A stretch of DNA of 64,000 nucleotides, from positions 62,248,001 through 62,312,000 of the forward strand of contig OX597816.1 in the NCBI GenBank assembly GCA_951406725.2, read 5' to 3'. The notes under the pieces were generated by a model. That model worked only from the letters and a program-made list of their open reading frames with translations. It did no database searches and had not been told where the DNA came from. The DNA comes from Octopus vulgaris (taxonomy: Eukaryota). This document shows, piece after piece, positions 1-15,979 of this stretch. How positions within the stretch are numbered: the stretch's first letter is position 1; each line of letters starts with the position of its first letter. Position numbers and translations under genes: made by a program.

Positions 1-2
1 GG

Positions 3-190
3 GTGGCTGCAGGAAGACCCTATGTCTGGCAACAGGTCTTTGCACCATGCCACAAAAGCAGGAGAACCCAGTCATGGTTGTCAGACAATGTCTGCGACCA
101 CATCTGGCCACCTAACTCCCCAGACTCTAAACCTCTTGATTATTATGTATGAAGCGCAGTTGAGCGAGATCCCAATAAATCTCCTTGTAA
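3..190 (+). mobile_element. Tc1/mariner (maT/DD37D-like) transposase C-terminal relic
   Basis: Frame 3 reads VAAGRPYVWQQVFAPCHKSRRTQSWLSDNVCDHIWPPNSPDSKPLDYYV*SAVERDPNK. This matches the QQDxAPxH and WPPNSPDxNPLDY motifs, with an in-frame stop. Confidence 0.8.
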
Positions 191-429
191 CACATTAATT
201 GCATTAATTTTATCTACTCACTGAAGAAGTACGAATGGCAAATTAATTTATTTGCACATTGATACAGAAACTCGAGTCTGAGCGTAACTACAAAAATATT
301 TATATTTTCATTCTCTTTGAAATTGCTCTTATTCGTGGTTTGGGCTTTAAATGCCCTTTCTAGCATGTAAGGTGTCCTGTTAAATGTCACCTCTTTTGTG
401 TATAAATACGTAAATTGTTTGTACATTAT

Positions 430-545
430 TGAAATTTATAGAAAAACAAAAGAGGAAGATAGTTGTATGAAACAAGCAAGTGTATTAGTTTGACGATCGA
501 GAAGAATGGAAGTCTTCTACTTTTCGAGCCTACTCTCTTCCACAT
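430..545 (-). mobile_element. Decayed PLE terminal-repeat fragment (same family as 48546-48673 and 33786-33880)
   Basis: Reverse complement aligns by eye to 48553-48670 (gagtaggctcgaaa..., aaactaatacac..., cttttgttttt...). The HHR core is degenerate. Confidence 0.6.
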
Positions 546-689
546 TCCGTATTCAGTTTCGTTGTGTTCAATTTCAGCCGAGGTGGACTTTGCCTTTTAT
601 GCTTTCGAGGGTCGATAATATACGAACCAGCTGAATACTGAAGTCGATATAAAGTATATCAATCACACACACGCACACATACATGTGTA

Positions 690-905
690 CGTGTGTGTGT
701 GTGTGTTTTATTTCCCACCACCACCGCTTGACAACTGGTGTTTGTATGTTTACGTTTTCCAAGCTTGCAGTTCGGTACAAGAGACCGATAGAATATGTAT
801 CAGGTTTCTCATAAATGTGAGTACTTGAAGTCTCATGCGTTCGACAAAAATTCTTCAAGGTGATGCCCCAGCATGGCCGCAGTCTAATGACTGAAACAAG
901 GAAAG
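690..905 (+). mobile_element. 3' half of SINE family A
   Basis: Contains cgcttgacaac...gagaccgatagaata...gcatggccgcagtc...gactgaaacaag, shared with full copies. Confidence 0.75.
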
Positions 906-1383
906 GATACATCCATGTTAAACCTTGTACTGCAATTTCTTTTACGAGTTTTCTTTTTCTTCTAGTCAAACGTTTCTGTTATAAACGTGAACAGCGATAA
1001 TCAATTATTAACAGCCAATACTATAATCATTTATCTTTATAACTAATGCCGCTTGATTGTTGTGGTAATATTTGTGTTAGCGTCTCATATTTGGCATCAT
1101 GTTTAGAAATTCTTCTCATTTTTCCTTTCATGAATTACTACTATACAGAGAGAAAACCACTTTTTTTATGAGTCTCACCTATTTAAACAAGAAGTGATCT
1201 GTCATTTTTTTAAATTCCAAGCTTACTTCAATTACAAAAAATTGGGATATTCTTCTCAATGCCGTTCTAAAATCTCTACAGACACTTTGTTCTATGAAAT
1301 ATCATTTCTCTTCCATCGCAGTTTAATCTGATGTTCCCCCCCGTGCACAGTTTACAATACTTCCTAAGTAGTATAGCACCCGA

Positions 1384-1418
<35 letters not shown>

Positions 1419-1802
1419 GCAGGAAACAAAAGCATTGGTTCGCTGGAAGCCTATAACGAATGACTCAAATGTTTACCTGTTGCCAAGTAAAACAAATATA
1501 TAAAATATTTAAATAAAAAGGATTTTATATCATTTGGCATTTCAAGTATCAGATTAACGATTAAGCAGTTGAACAAATATTTTCACCCATAATTACAATG
1601 GCTAGAGTTGCTGCTTTTGCAATTAATCCTTGTACTGTTCTGTTATTCTATCTTTTCATAGCACCTGTTGCTTCTGTCCGTTTTTTATTCTTTATATTTT
1701 CGCGTCAATGTTGCTGTGCTTACAATTCTGGTTGTAGTTGCTACTCTAAATTTGGGTTTTTAATATTGCAATTATACTGGTGTTAACTAATTTATTATTT
1801 CA

Positions 1803-2265
1803 TTCTTTTATTCTTTTATTTGTTTCAGTCATTTGATTGCAGCCATGCTGGAGCACTGCTTTTAATCGAGCAAATCGACCCCGGAACTTATTCCTTGTAA
1901 GCCTAGTACTTATTCTATCGGTCTCTCTTGCCGAACAGCTAAGTGACAGGGAGGTAAATACTCACCAACATCGGTTGGCAAGCGATGTTGGGTGGACAAA
2001 CACAGACTCACAAACATCGGATCTCTTTTTAGCGTAAGGGCTTCCACATAGTGCTTCCCTCTCATATATATATATATATATGTATATATATATGTATATA
2101 TATATATACGACGGGCTTCTTTCAGTTTCCGTCTACCAAATCCACTCAAAAGTCTTTGGTTGGCTCGAGGTTATAGTAGAAGACACTTGCCCAAGATGCC
2201 ACGCCGTGGGACTGAACCTGGAACCATGTGGTCGGTGAGCAAGCTACATACCACTCAGTCACTCC
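1803..2265 (-). mobile_element. tRNA-derived SINE family A (octopus OK/OR-type), full copy with internal microsatellite
   Basis: Minus-strand head has A-box-like tgactgagtgg and B-box ggttcagtccc. The body is near-identical to the many other copies in the window. Confidence 0.85.
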
Positions 2266-3994
2266 TGATTCAGCAGCTCATGTTCTTCTATATCTTCGAA
2301 ATTCTTTTAAAACAGTCATGTTTATCGATATTGTGCTTTCACCAATGTCTTGATATATGAAAAAATGATCTTCCTTAAAATAGACATGAAATGAATGTCG
2401 TTTACCATTTAATGTCCCTTAGCATTTTGCCCAGCGCAGATCGCCGCTTTTACGCTATTTAAATCAATTTACCATTCAGTTTTTTCTAACCTTCCATACC
2501 AAAGCGTAATCCATACGTTGAGTTGATCACACAAGATCTGCCTTGAGAAGATTTACATAGACAACGAAAATATTCTCCTATACGTTCATACATATCTCGT
2601 CTCCTTCTAGACTTAAACCGCGACATATTCTACTCTCTGTTGTCTAGTAATAAAACATATTCACTATACATATGTAGAAAGCATTATTGCAAGCCACACC
2701 TCTAAACATGGTGAGCTCGTAATTAGAACCCTCAATGTCGGTACATATGCTGGGACTAATCATCGCTGGAGATATCTTCTGATAAAAACATATGCATATG
2801 ACACTGACTGCTCTACAGTCTCCCCCTTTTCATGTCTACAAAATACTCCACTCCTCGTCACCCGCTAATCCTAAACAAAGGTTAATTTGTGCTATTATAC
2901 ATACAAATCATGTACCATATTAAAAAAAAATGGCATTTGATAGATTTCTTTAAAGATACTCAAAAACAAACTCCAATCTCTAATCACAAGAAGTACTGCC
3001 TCGCCTTTCCGTCATGCTTCTTTCACCCAAACGATTGTGGACTTTGCTTCTCGAAAATGTTTGGCGCCGTGCAACCTCTAATACAGCGCGAATGCATCAG
3101 CCTGTTTTTCTGATTGTTCAGGTGAATGTTTTCCTGGAGTGAAATGATACGCATATACACAAGACCAACATATACTGCGAAAGTAGCTATTAAAACGTGA
3201 TACTGTTACACGTATTTAACAAGAATACCATCATTATAATCATAATGTTGATAGACGATGTTACAATAGATAGAAATGGATGAAGGATTTCTTTGCCATT
3301 GCAAAGATAGACGTGAAAGAGCAACGGCTATATACGTTTAAAAGACATTCGAGAAGTGTGGAACGGAATTTATTTTCTGACCAGAGATCTGGCACGAATT
3401 CTTGCAACAGTGCTGACTCCGTTCAATTCCCCAACGGCCAGATAAATATGTTAAACCAGTCGACGGAATAATCCATCAGCAAAAAAAGAAAGTATACATA
3501 AATGAAGTACAAGAGTAAAGGGATACAAACAAACGGACTTTTTTTCAAATGTAAATGATGAGAAGATAAACTACATCGAACATTCGAACACCGAATGAAA
3601 ATGAATAAAAATATTCACGTAAAACATATGTCAAAATTTTTAAGAAAATAATGTTTCAAAAAAACAAACGGAAAAATAATTGCTTTTAGCATTTCGTGAT
3701 ATTTTATGGCTTCACTTAATCTTTTTGGTGGATGTCTCCAGTAGAGGTATTGATCAGCAATAAAACAGTTAACCAAGTTTAAAAATCTTGCAGGAAGTTA
3801 ATATTTGAATTATAGCAATGTTTGTATCTGTAAAAGCAACGTCGTGCTTAACGCACTGGTTAGTTCGTTTCGGTAATAAATAAGGAACGATAGCAACAAG
3901 GCTAGAGTATTTCTCTTGCGCTTTCATTCCTCCTTTACTTTTAATTGTACAAGCGCAAACATTTGCACGAGCACAAACCTCCTCCTCCTCCGCA

Positions 3995-4064
<70 letters not shown>

Positions 4065-4380
4065 GCACGCACATGAGGTATATTAAATATGTATGTATCT
4101 GTGTAACATCGTCTGTCTCTCGTCCTTGTTTTCGTATACATTCGATGCTTTTTTCCCCAGGACTCTAGTGCTCTTAGCTTAGTTTTTCCTTGGTGCTGGC
4201 CAGATTGGAGCAATCTTAAGATTAATCAGCCGAAATTGCAAGGATAATCTGGTTCTTGGCTGAGGATAAAAAGCTTCGAATGACCCGTCCTTGTGTTTTT
4301 GTATCGTCTATCTGGAGGTTTTGTTCTCCATTTTTGTATCACCTAGTTGTCCGGATGTTTTGCGTTCTTGTCCCATTTTG

Positions 4381-5950
<1,570 letters not shown>

Positions 5951-6021
5951 CAGTAGCGGAACACATCGTGACGTATATTGCCATCTCAATATGGCTACCC
6001 CTAGGTGGATTATAGTTTTGC

Positions 6022-6237
<216 letters not shown>

Positions 6238-6354
6238 CGGCGTACGTAAACTTTGTTCTCTTATGTTTATATGCATATGTATATGTTTATACACATGCAC
6301 ACACACACACACAAACACACACAGAGAAATGTATATGCATATACATTTATACAG

Positions 6355-6697
6355 GTATTCATTTGACTGGGGTCATGCTGATCAAACAAATCGACCCCCA
6401 GGAATTTTTCTTGTACGCCAATAACTTATTCTATTGTCGAACCGTCAGGTTACACAGATGTAAACACACTAACACCAGTTACCAAACGGTGATGGGCGGG
6501 GGGGCAGAAGCATATGCACACACTCACACGCGCGTACACATATACAACGGGTTTCTTTCAGTTTCTGTCTGTAAATTCAATCACAAGTCTTTGGTTGACC
6601 CGAGCCTATAGTACAATACACTTACCCAAAGTGCCACACAGAAGGACTGAATCCGGAACCATGTGGTTCGTAAGCAAGCTTCTGATCACACAGCCTG
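6355..6697 (-). mobile_element. SINE family A, diverged copy
   Basis: Contains ggactgaatccggaaccatgtggttcgtaagcaagct head and family body. Confidence 0.8.
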
Positions 6698-6733
6698 CGC
6701 TGAATGTACTGAACGTGGTGTAAATATGAATAT

Positions 6734-7012
6734 TGGCTGTGTGGTAAGTAGCTTCCTTACCAACCACATGGTTCCGGGTTCAGTCCCATTGCATGGCACC
6801 TTGGGAAAGTGTATTCTACAATAGACTCGGGCCAACCAGAGCCTTGTGAGTGGATTTGGTAGACGGAAACTGAAAGAAGCCCGTCGTATATATGTATATA
6901 TGTATGTGTGTGTGTTTGTGTGTGTATGTCTGTCCCCCCAACATCGCTTGACAACCGATGCCGGTGTGTTTGCTTCTCCGTAACTTAGCGGTTTGGCAAA
7001 AGAGGTGATAGA
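6734..7012 (+). mobile_element. SINE family A, 3'-truncated copy
   Basis: tRNA-like head tggctgtgtggtaagtagc...ggttccgggttcagtccc. Confidence 0.85.
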
Positions 7013-7637
7013 AATAGAGAGAAAGCAACAAAGAGAGAGGAGCGGGGGCATCTACGAAGACAGACAAGTTTGTACATAAATTGATTTAAGCTTCCTCGAC
7101 ATAGCTTGAGATGTAAACACTGATACATATCATCCATACAGAAAACACTAAAATCATACATTACACTTAATTTTCACTTTAACCACCGGCCACAAATTCA
7201 AATACAAATACTTGAACAGCATAGTTACAGAATACTTAGTACCATCACCAGCTGAATATCAAACATAGCTTCTGATGAAGAATCTGTTAACATTTTTGCA
7301 GATAATTAATTACAATGATGCTTTAAAAGGAATCTGAATGAAAGAATATATATAATAAATGACGGAAGCTAACGAGAGAAATGAGAAATAAATATTGGTT
7401 CATATAGCATTTAGATTAAATAGCTTCAAAGTTATTTTGTTATAACAAAAGTTTTCTAACGCAGACATCTGCCATCTATATCACAGTCTATTTTAATAAA
7501 AATAATCTCATTTACAAAACCGTTTGAGAAAGTCAGATTCGACAGAAATTACATCAGGAATTGTTTCAGTAATTGGATAGTAGGAACTCCAGGCCATCGC
7601 ACTTAAGGGTTTCCTCGAGCTGAAATGGGTCTCAAGT

Positions 7638-8220
7638 AGGCGGCAAGCTGGCAGAAACGTTAGTACTCCGGGCGAAATGCTTAGTGGTATTTTTTTCTGC
7701 CGTTACGTTCTCAGTTCAAATTCTGCCGAGGTTGACTTTGCCTTTCATCCTTTCGACGTCGATTGAATAAGTACCAGTTACGCACTGGGGTCGATATAAT
7801 CGACTTAATCTGTTTGTCTGTCCATGTTTGTCCTCTCTGTGTTTAGCCCCTTGTGGGTGGTAAAGAAATAGATATTTCGTCTGCCGTTACGTTCTGAGTT
7901 CAAATTCCGCCGAGGTCGACTTTGCCTTTCATCCTTTCGGGGTCGATAAATTAAGTACCAGTTATGCACTGCGGTCGATGTAATCGACTTAATCCGTTTG
8001 TCTGTCCTTGTTGGTCCTCTCTGTGTTTAGCCCCTTGTGGGTAGTAAAGAAACAGGTATTTCTTCTGGTTCTACGTTCTGAGTTCAAATTCCGTAGAGGT
8101 CGACTTCACCTTTCATCCTTTCGCGGTCGATAAATTAAGTACAGTCAAACACTTGGGTCGATATAATTGACTAATCTCCTCCCGCCAAATTTGAAGATTT
8201 ATGTTGCTAGAAGAAAGGAT
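7638..8220 (+). mobile_element. tRNA-derived SINE family B (Meta-domain-like core) with internal tandem triplication
   Basis: Head ggcggcaagctggcagaaacgttag, B box gagttcaaattcc and core gcctttcatcctttcggggtcgataaa are present. The B-box/core unit occurs three times. Confidence 0.85.
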
Positions 8221-8224
8221 TTTT

Positions 8225-8239
8225 ATTATTATAATTATA

Positions 8240-8283
<44 letters not shown>

Positions 8284-8530
8284 TACTATTAATGTTGTTG
8301 TTGTTGTTGTTATTCCTTTGTAACACTCTAGGTGAAAATACACCGGAGATTTTAGTCATCTGTCAACTCAATACTTTTTTAAAGATGTGCGCTGTGCCCA
8401 ATAAGGCTGCTTTTTGCAAGACATCTATCTTGCACGGGATTTACAGTTGCCTCAAAAACTCTTGAAGTTTCAATGGGATTGGGCCCGATGCGCCGTTCAC
8501 CACTGGTATCACATTTTTACATTGCCCTCT
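8225..8530 (-). mobile_element. R4/Dong-like non-LTR 3' end with (TAA)n tail
   Basis: Minus strand reads VIPVVNGASG...IDVLQKAALLGTAHIFKKVLS*, the C-terminus of a restriction-like endonuclease, followed by (TAA)n. Confidence 0.7.
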
Positions 8531-8771
8531 TGCATTAGTTTTTCTTTTTGCTGAAATATTGCAAACTGCTGTTTATATTAATTTTTTCTCTCTCTTTCTC
8601 CCCCTCCCTGTTTCTTTCTCGCTCTCTCTTTCTCTCTCACACTCTATCTGAATACATACATATTTAAAGGGGAAAATTTGACAAGATAGACAGTCGCCCG
8701 CTGACACTCGCTGACGATACATCGAAGAGGCCACGGAACAGAAGAATGAAGACGTGCACCCAACACCAGAG

Positions 8772-8847
8772 CTGAAGACACTTCCGAAAGGGGGGCCCCG
8801 CCACGTCAAAACGACAGATGAATAGGGGCCGAAACTGCACGTGGTTC
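8772..8847 (+). ncRNA. Decayed hammerhead-like motif
   Basis: Stem GGCCCC...GGGGCC is followed directly by GAAAC-UGCAC-GU (near-palindrome ACUGCAGU). CUGAAGA lies upstream but out of register. Confidence 0.35.
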
Positions 8848-8978
8848 TTCCTCATAATGTCTTGAGCTAACTGGATCCTATAAAGGAGGTGTTGTCAGCA
8901 GACCACGAACACGGCTGAAATTCCCATGCATACATACACACACACATACATACATACATACATACATACATACATACA

Positions 8979-9041
<63 letters not shown>

Positions 9042-9048
9042 ATATGTA

Positions 9049-9106
<58 letters not shown>

Positions 9107-9383
9107 AGGAAAAAATCTATCAGAAAGGAACTCTATCTCTATTAAAAAAACATCTTTTGATAAGCATAACAAATGCGCAACCGGTAAAAATAACTTTCAC
9201 CTAATTAAATTACTTAAATTACTTAAATTATTTTGTCAGCATTTTCTTCATTACCTTTTTATATATATATATACATACAAATAGAAGTATAATTGTGGTT
9301 TCGATTTATGGTACCGGTTGAGTAACTCATATATACATACATGCATATACATACATACATACATACATACATACATACATACA

Positions 9384-9419
<36 letters not shown>

Positions 9420-9754
9420 TATATTATATTCACAACTTTGGAAGCGAGCTTAACAAGAAATCGAGCATCTGTATATTTGGTGGATTGAAGACCATTCCTA
9501 ATATTTGTCTGTTAATATTAAGTATTATTTTTTCAGTTGAAGAGAATACAAAATCTATTAAGTTTGTTGTTTTTATCTGGATATTAAGAACAGAAGTCTT
9601 GTATGAAAGATGCTGCTTAACGTAACAGCCTATTCAGAGACTCCTCTCAGAAAATAGGGATTTCGTCCAATGTATGTTGAAATGTTTGATATTTATCCTT
9701 TCCCTACCAATGGCTTCTGAGTAAGTTTGGTAAAAGAAAACCGTGGGAAAACCC

Positions 9755-9800
<46 letters not shown>

Positions 9801-10019
9801 CTTCGTGTTTGTGTTTTCCCCCAGTACCGCTTGACAACCCGCGTTATCTTGTTTACGCCCCTAAGACATAGCGGTTCGGCAAAAGTGGCCTAATAGAGTA
9901 ACTGTCAGATTAAAATATATATATTTGGGTTGATTTGTTCGAATAAACACTTCAGGTCAGTGCTCTAGCATGGTCGCAGTCCAATAATTGAAACAATTAA
10001 AGCTTTTCTCACGAAATCA

Positions 10020-10600
10020 TTCACCTCTTTCTCTCTGATTTCCCCAATTTGAAATTTCTTAGGTTGTTCTTTTCCTTCCTCAACTGTTTCATGTTCATGA
10101 TCCTCGTGTTTGGTCCACACTTTCCTATAGCTAACCGGATACCACCTTTCACTCCAAATAACTCCTTTCCTGTATCGTATATTGAGCGTATTAACTTTCC
10201 CAGTTTCTCTTCTATAGATCCTGTCATCTTATAAAGAGCTTCACATACCTTGTTCTCAATCATTTTATGTCATCCTTTCTCATTAGCAGCAGATTACAAA
10301 GCCCTGAATTTCCTCTGAGTACTTTCGGATGCACCAGATTCATAACTTGTCGAGAAGCGGTCTTTGCTGTAGCAGTTATCGATCCGCTGTATTTTGAGTC
10401 CAGGGACGATTTGCCACGTAATTTACGATCACATGATCCACACTGCACTGTCTTCTTTTTACAAGTCTTTTCCTGATGCATCTTCAAGCCTCTTTCGGTC
10501 GCAAAGGTCTTACAGCACAGCTTGCACCCAGAGTTATTTGCACTTCGTTTGTTTTTCGAAGGAATAGCCGTATTCATGCCCAAGTTAATTTCCATGTTAA
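10020..10600 (-). mobile_element. HERO/R2-group non-LTR retrotransposon 5' fragment
   Basis: N-terminal zinc finger CKLCCKTFATERGLKMHQEKTC, then frameshifted GSIEEKLGKLIRSIYDTGKELFGV. This arrangement is typical of restriction-endonuclease LINE N-termini. Confidence 0.65.
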
Positions 10601-11103
10601 CATTTTTCGCCTACAAAATTCCCTAAAATGCTATTTGTGAGCCCGGAGTTATAGTACAGGACATTTGCGCAGTGTGATTGAACTACAATCCATGTGGCTA
10701 CAAATTGATCCTCTTACTCACCCAGCCATACCCGCGCCTAATGGGGCAAATATCTTGATTTTCAGGAAGGAATAAATGGCTACGACTCATGCCTCTAATG
10801 TGTAAACATGTTTCTTGTGCTTTCTGACTGCGTCCAGTCTGAAAATATCAGTAGTCCTTCAAGTGACGCGAGTACACACGCTACTTTCTCTGTCTAAACC
10901 ATAAAGAAAATATGGCGGTTATTATCAAGATTGAACTGAAGTGTAAGAATATATTGGATAAGAGAGAAAAGTCTTCTGGAGATTGATTATTTATTCATCC
11001 AATTTTGCGAGAAAATATTTATAAGATGTACATTTGTTTTTAAATAACAAATTTCAAAAGATTACATGTGATCGAATGAAATATTTGGCTAAAAAAATAA
11101 TAT

Positions 11104-11760
<657 letters not shown>

Positions 11761-12395
11761 ATAAATTCGTGTGTATGTGTCTATATGTACATACAAACAT
11801 ACCCACACAAATATGTGTATACATATCATATTTGTAAGTATGTGTATGACGTCTGTATGTATAATAGACATCTGTATGCATGTGTATATATGTGCGTGTG
11901 TCTAGCTCTGTATGTCCATGTAAACGTAGCCGCAATGCGAGGTTAGCAAACTTCTCTCCTTATCTAAAATATCTTACAACGCCAGAAATATTATTAGATA
12001 TTTCTTAAGAAGATATTACACAATTTTTATAAAGTGTCAGAACCAAGATAAATTTCAGTTGAAATAGAAGCACTTCATGTATTTCCTTATCGACTGTAAC
12101 TCCCTCTATATTTATCTGTGTATAGACTTCTACTCCACCCCACATACAAATAAGACGCTGATACCCACATATGTGTGCGTCTCTCTAACTTACACAAGTA
12201 AAATTTCTTTCTTTTTTTTCCCCAAATTTTCCCTTCTCTGTATCGTTTCTCGTTTCTTCTTTCTCCAAGATGGTTTTATACTCTTTTATTCACGCCTAAA
12301 ATTTCTCTTACAATTCACGCGATTTGTCTCATTCTCTCGCTGTATTTGTGTGCGGGTGTATAAGTTTGTGCCTGTCTGCGTGATGAGCATCTATA

Positions 12396-12438
<43 letters not shown>

Positions 12439-12559
12439 ACATACATACATACATACATACATACATACATACATACATACATACACATTTCATCATGTTG
12501 AACCGCTACCACTACACAATCTTTTCTCTGTTCTTTTTTTTTTCATTCTCTCCGATTTG

Positions 12560-12678
12560 TGTTCCTTCCATAGTTGGAAACATGGAAGACTTCTGAATTC
12601 TTCCTGAGCGTCAAACTAATAAACCTGCTTGTAATTGCTTCACATATCTTTGTCTTTTGTTTTCTGTAAATTTGAACT
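12560..12678 (+). mobile_element. Decayed PLE terminal-repeat fragment ending in a (TA)n array
   Basis: gagcgtcaaactaataaacctgcttgt...tgtcttttgttttctgtaaatttgaactatata matches 48600-48676. Confidence 0.6.
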
Positions 12679-12728
12679 ATATATATATATGTGTATATAT
12701 GTGTGTGTGTATGTGTGTGTATGTATGC

Positions 12729-12766
<38 letters not shown>

Positions 12767-12768
12767 GC

Positions 12769-12800
<32 letters not shown>

Positions 12801-13064
12801 GTATCTATATATATATGTGTGTATATATATATATGTTTATGTATATATATATGTATGTATATATGTATATATATATATATGTATATATATGTATATATCT
12901 ATATCTATATATATATGTATATCTATATCTATATATATATGTATATCTATATGTATATATATGTTTGTATATATATTTATGTATATATATATATATATGT
13001 ATGTATATACATATATATATATAATACATATATATGCGTGTGTGTGTTTGTGTAAGTGTATGCT

Positions 13065-13095
<31 letters not shown>

Positions 13096-13262
13096 GTATA
13101 TATATATGAATATATATATGTGTGAATATATATACATTTATATAAATATGTGTATATACATATATATGTATATATATATACGCATATTTATATAAATATA
13201 TATATATTCACATATATATATATATACATACATGCATACATATATATATATAAACGTGTATA

Positions 13263-13301
<39 letters not shown>

Positions 13302-13323
13302 TATATGTATATATATATACATA

Positions 13324-13359
<36 letters not shown>
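12678..13359. repeat. Degenerate (TA)n/(TATG)n array
   Basis: Direct reading. Confidence 0.95.
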
Positions 13360-13360
<1 letters not shown>

Positions 13361-15850
13361 GCAAAATAAGCAAGAAGAATGACTCCGGTAATTTGGTACG
13401 ATCGTTTCGTACTACATCATTTTATTAAATGTTTTAAGTATTACAACCGTTTTAAAATGCTGAGCACTCATCAGCCAATTATAGAGGTTTTCCATTAATA
13501 CAAAAAATTTCATATCAAGTGGCAACATTATAGAGAAGGTAGATACATAGACAAAGATGTGGATTTAAATTTTAAGAACATTTGAGGTAGTGGAGCCCAT
13601 CAACTGACTGACTAAGATTCAGTTGTTCCAGACTACTGTAAGGTTCTGAGAAGGAAGAACAAATGAAAAGAGACAATAAAGATTTTCTAAGTATAGAAAT
13701 GGGGTAAAGGAGTTGTCATAGCTCCATATAAGGAATTTATGTAGAAGACAGCATTGTCACAACTAAATGCCAATTACTACTATTTGATGAACAGATTCAG
13801 TGTTAGGAGAAATAGGTTAAAGTCAAATGGTCACAATAACATTCACAGAGAATGCAGAGACCTTACAAACCCTCTGCATATCAACACAACAGTTAGTCTA
13901 TAAGTTCCAAGTACTTTGACACGTTAGAATAAAGGAAAAAATATAAATCTAAAATTTATTAAAATTTTGAGAAAGAGACCATCACTTATTATGAGTAGGC
14001 ATAGTACTTATTAACTGGGGGGAAAAGCCTTGTCATATATTTCCCACTTATTCGTTTTATAACTTTGTCACTCTTATTCAGCTGTCTATTTCTTTTTCAT
14101 TTCTCTCTCTAGAAATCAATTTGAATTTAACAGTGTTAGCAAAAGTCTCGGTTTCTGCAGAGCTATTTCTGATAAATTATAACTTAACAACTCATGTGGT
14201 CCAATCCTGAGGCGACAGGCCTAAACGACCGCCAACGCCAACTGAAATTACTTTAGCTAGAATTTGGTAACAGCTGTGTTATTTATGATGTCACTGAAAA
14301 ATGAAACTGTGTCTCATGCACACATTTATCAATAAATCTGATTCACTTTGATCAAATTCATTCTCTTATATATTAAGAATTTCCAGATACGTTTAGGACT
14401 AAGTGTGCACGAGTATTTTTGAACCCCGAAGGTTCAGAGTCTCTGTAGTGAACTCACCAAGAAATCGTCTTTCATGGAAAATAAGCGCAATATACCATTT
14501 CCAAGACTGTTAGTAAAAAGACTCAGTCAAACGAAAATGTTCTTCTCTCGACCGGGCCCGTCGCTCCACGAAAGCGCAGGCACGGCTAACCGACGGAGAC
14601 GGGCAAACGCACCTCGCTCTCAGCAAGAACGGCGCAGAGAAAACGGAAGAACAATACCAGAGGATGGAGACATTTAAACCAGCATTGTTTCGGCAACAGT
14701 AAATTGACAACGGTTCGATAGTTTATTACTGGCTGCTGCTGATCGGCGCATTTAATGCTCACGTCAATTTTATATTCACTAATTCAGTAAAGTCATTCAT
14801 GTATGTCTGCACATATATCATCCATGAATGTAAGGCTGCAGTATTCGCTTTGACATAACATAATCTCGAGGTGAAGATATAGAGAGTCATGAAAGGCACT
14901 GTATCAGTTGCAATGTAGCCATCTACAATTTTGTCATATTTCTCATTTATGAAGATACTCAAGCGTTCCATAACTTCGAAAATGGCCTGCAGGCTCAGTT
15001 CACTCAAGCAACTACTGCTTAGCAAGCATAACATCTATTCAAAAGACCCTTGTCTTACAGTCATTTTTAAGTGCTGCCGTTATGATACTTTCATCTGAGT
15101 ACTGCTTTACCATCAAATCTCATCTAGAAGGTAGAGGGATATTATAGCAACATAATCACTTTTTCAAAGTTTCAAAATGGCCATCTTCATCTCTGTTTTT
15201 TGGAACAAGTTATAGAGACGAATAATGTAAAGTGTCTCAAATTTATATATGTTTTGATGTTATTGTTGGATGAGTCTATAGACTACCAAAACTAAATGTC
15301 TCTTTCTACGACATTGTGTAATGTTGAAGCTTTATTGTAATATGTTCTAAATACACAATGGCAAAATTAACACCACGCTTAGGGAGACATATTTTATATT
15401 ACTATAAAATTAAGCCTACTAGTAAAATTAAGTTCTAGTTGTCTCAGAGATTTTATGATATTTGGTTAACATGGTGTTGACCATCCAATCCACTTACGCT
15501 TTCGCTCAAGTATTTTCAGGACCTCGCTGAAAATTAAAAGTACCAAATTCAATACATGTATCCCAGTATAGAAATGAATCTCACAGACGAAACCAACAAC
15601 TCTTCCTAATCGACAAAAAAAGTTAAAAAGAAGCTTATCAATGCTAAAAATCTCAATAAAAGAGGGGATGTATTTATGCACAGAATTTCACTGACACCAA
15701 CAAATATATTAATTAAGGAAGACTTTAGTTTCCAGAATATCTGTGCTTTGCTATGTCAGTCAGGAAATGCTGAGGAAAAATACTGAAAAAAATGTGGCCA
15801 ATTTTGCCTGGGCAAGAGAAGAAAATCAACACCATCTCTTTAATAGAACG
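13360..15850 (-). mobile_element. Highly decayed, internally deleted Penelope-like element
   Basis: HHR at the 3' end. Minus-strand peptide remnants occur in PLE order: LPKRGVNFAI (about 15360-15386), HSCYQILAKVIS (about 14243-14278) and KWEIYDKA...CLLIIS (about 13985-14049, resembling the GIY-YIG C-terminus). The boundaries are approximate. Confidence 0.45.
13390..13480 (-). ncRNA. Type I hammerhead ribozyme with intact core
   Basis: Minus strand reads aaUUGG-CUGAUGA-GUGCU...AGUAC-GAA-ACGAUCGU-A/CCAAauu. It has stem I UUGG/CCAA, an extended stem II (cauuuua/uaaaaug), a palindromic stem III and a GUA cleavage triplet. Confidence 0.85.
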
Positions 15851-15979
15851 TTATTGCTTTTCTGTGGGAAATTTATTTTCAATGAAAGAAAGGAATCGTT
15901 ATCGCTCTATATTTTTAATGCAGTCCTATACCTGATGCACAGAGCGTTACTGATATACACTCGATATTGGTCTCTAATT

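Noticed and set aside
4190-4290. Possible hammerheads (cagccGAAAttgcaag and CTGAGGA...cGAAt)
   Set aside because: The core halves cannot be assembled into one fold. At most this is a decayed terminal-repeat relic.
7270-7300. CTGATGA motif
   Set aside because: No stem II or GAAA follows.
7700-8160. Repeated units resembling a CRISPR array
   Set aside because: The units are tandem SINE segments without unique spacers, and the context is eukaryotic.
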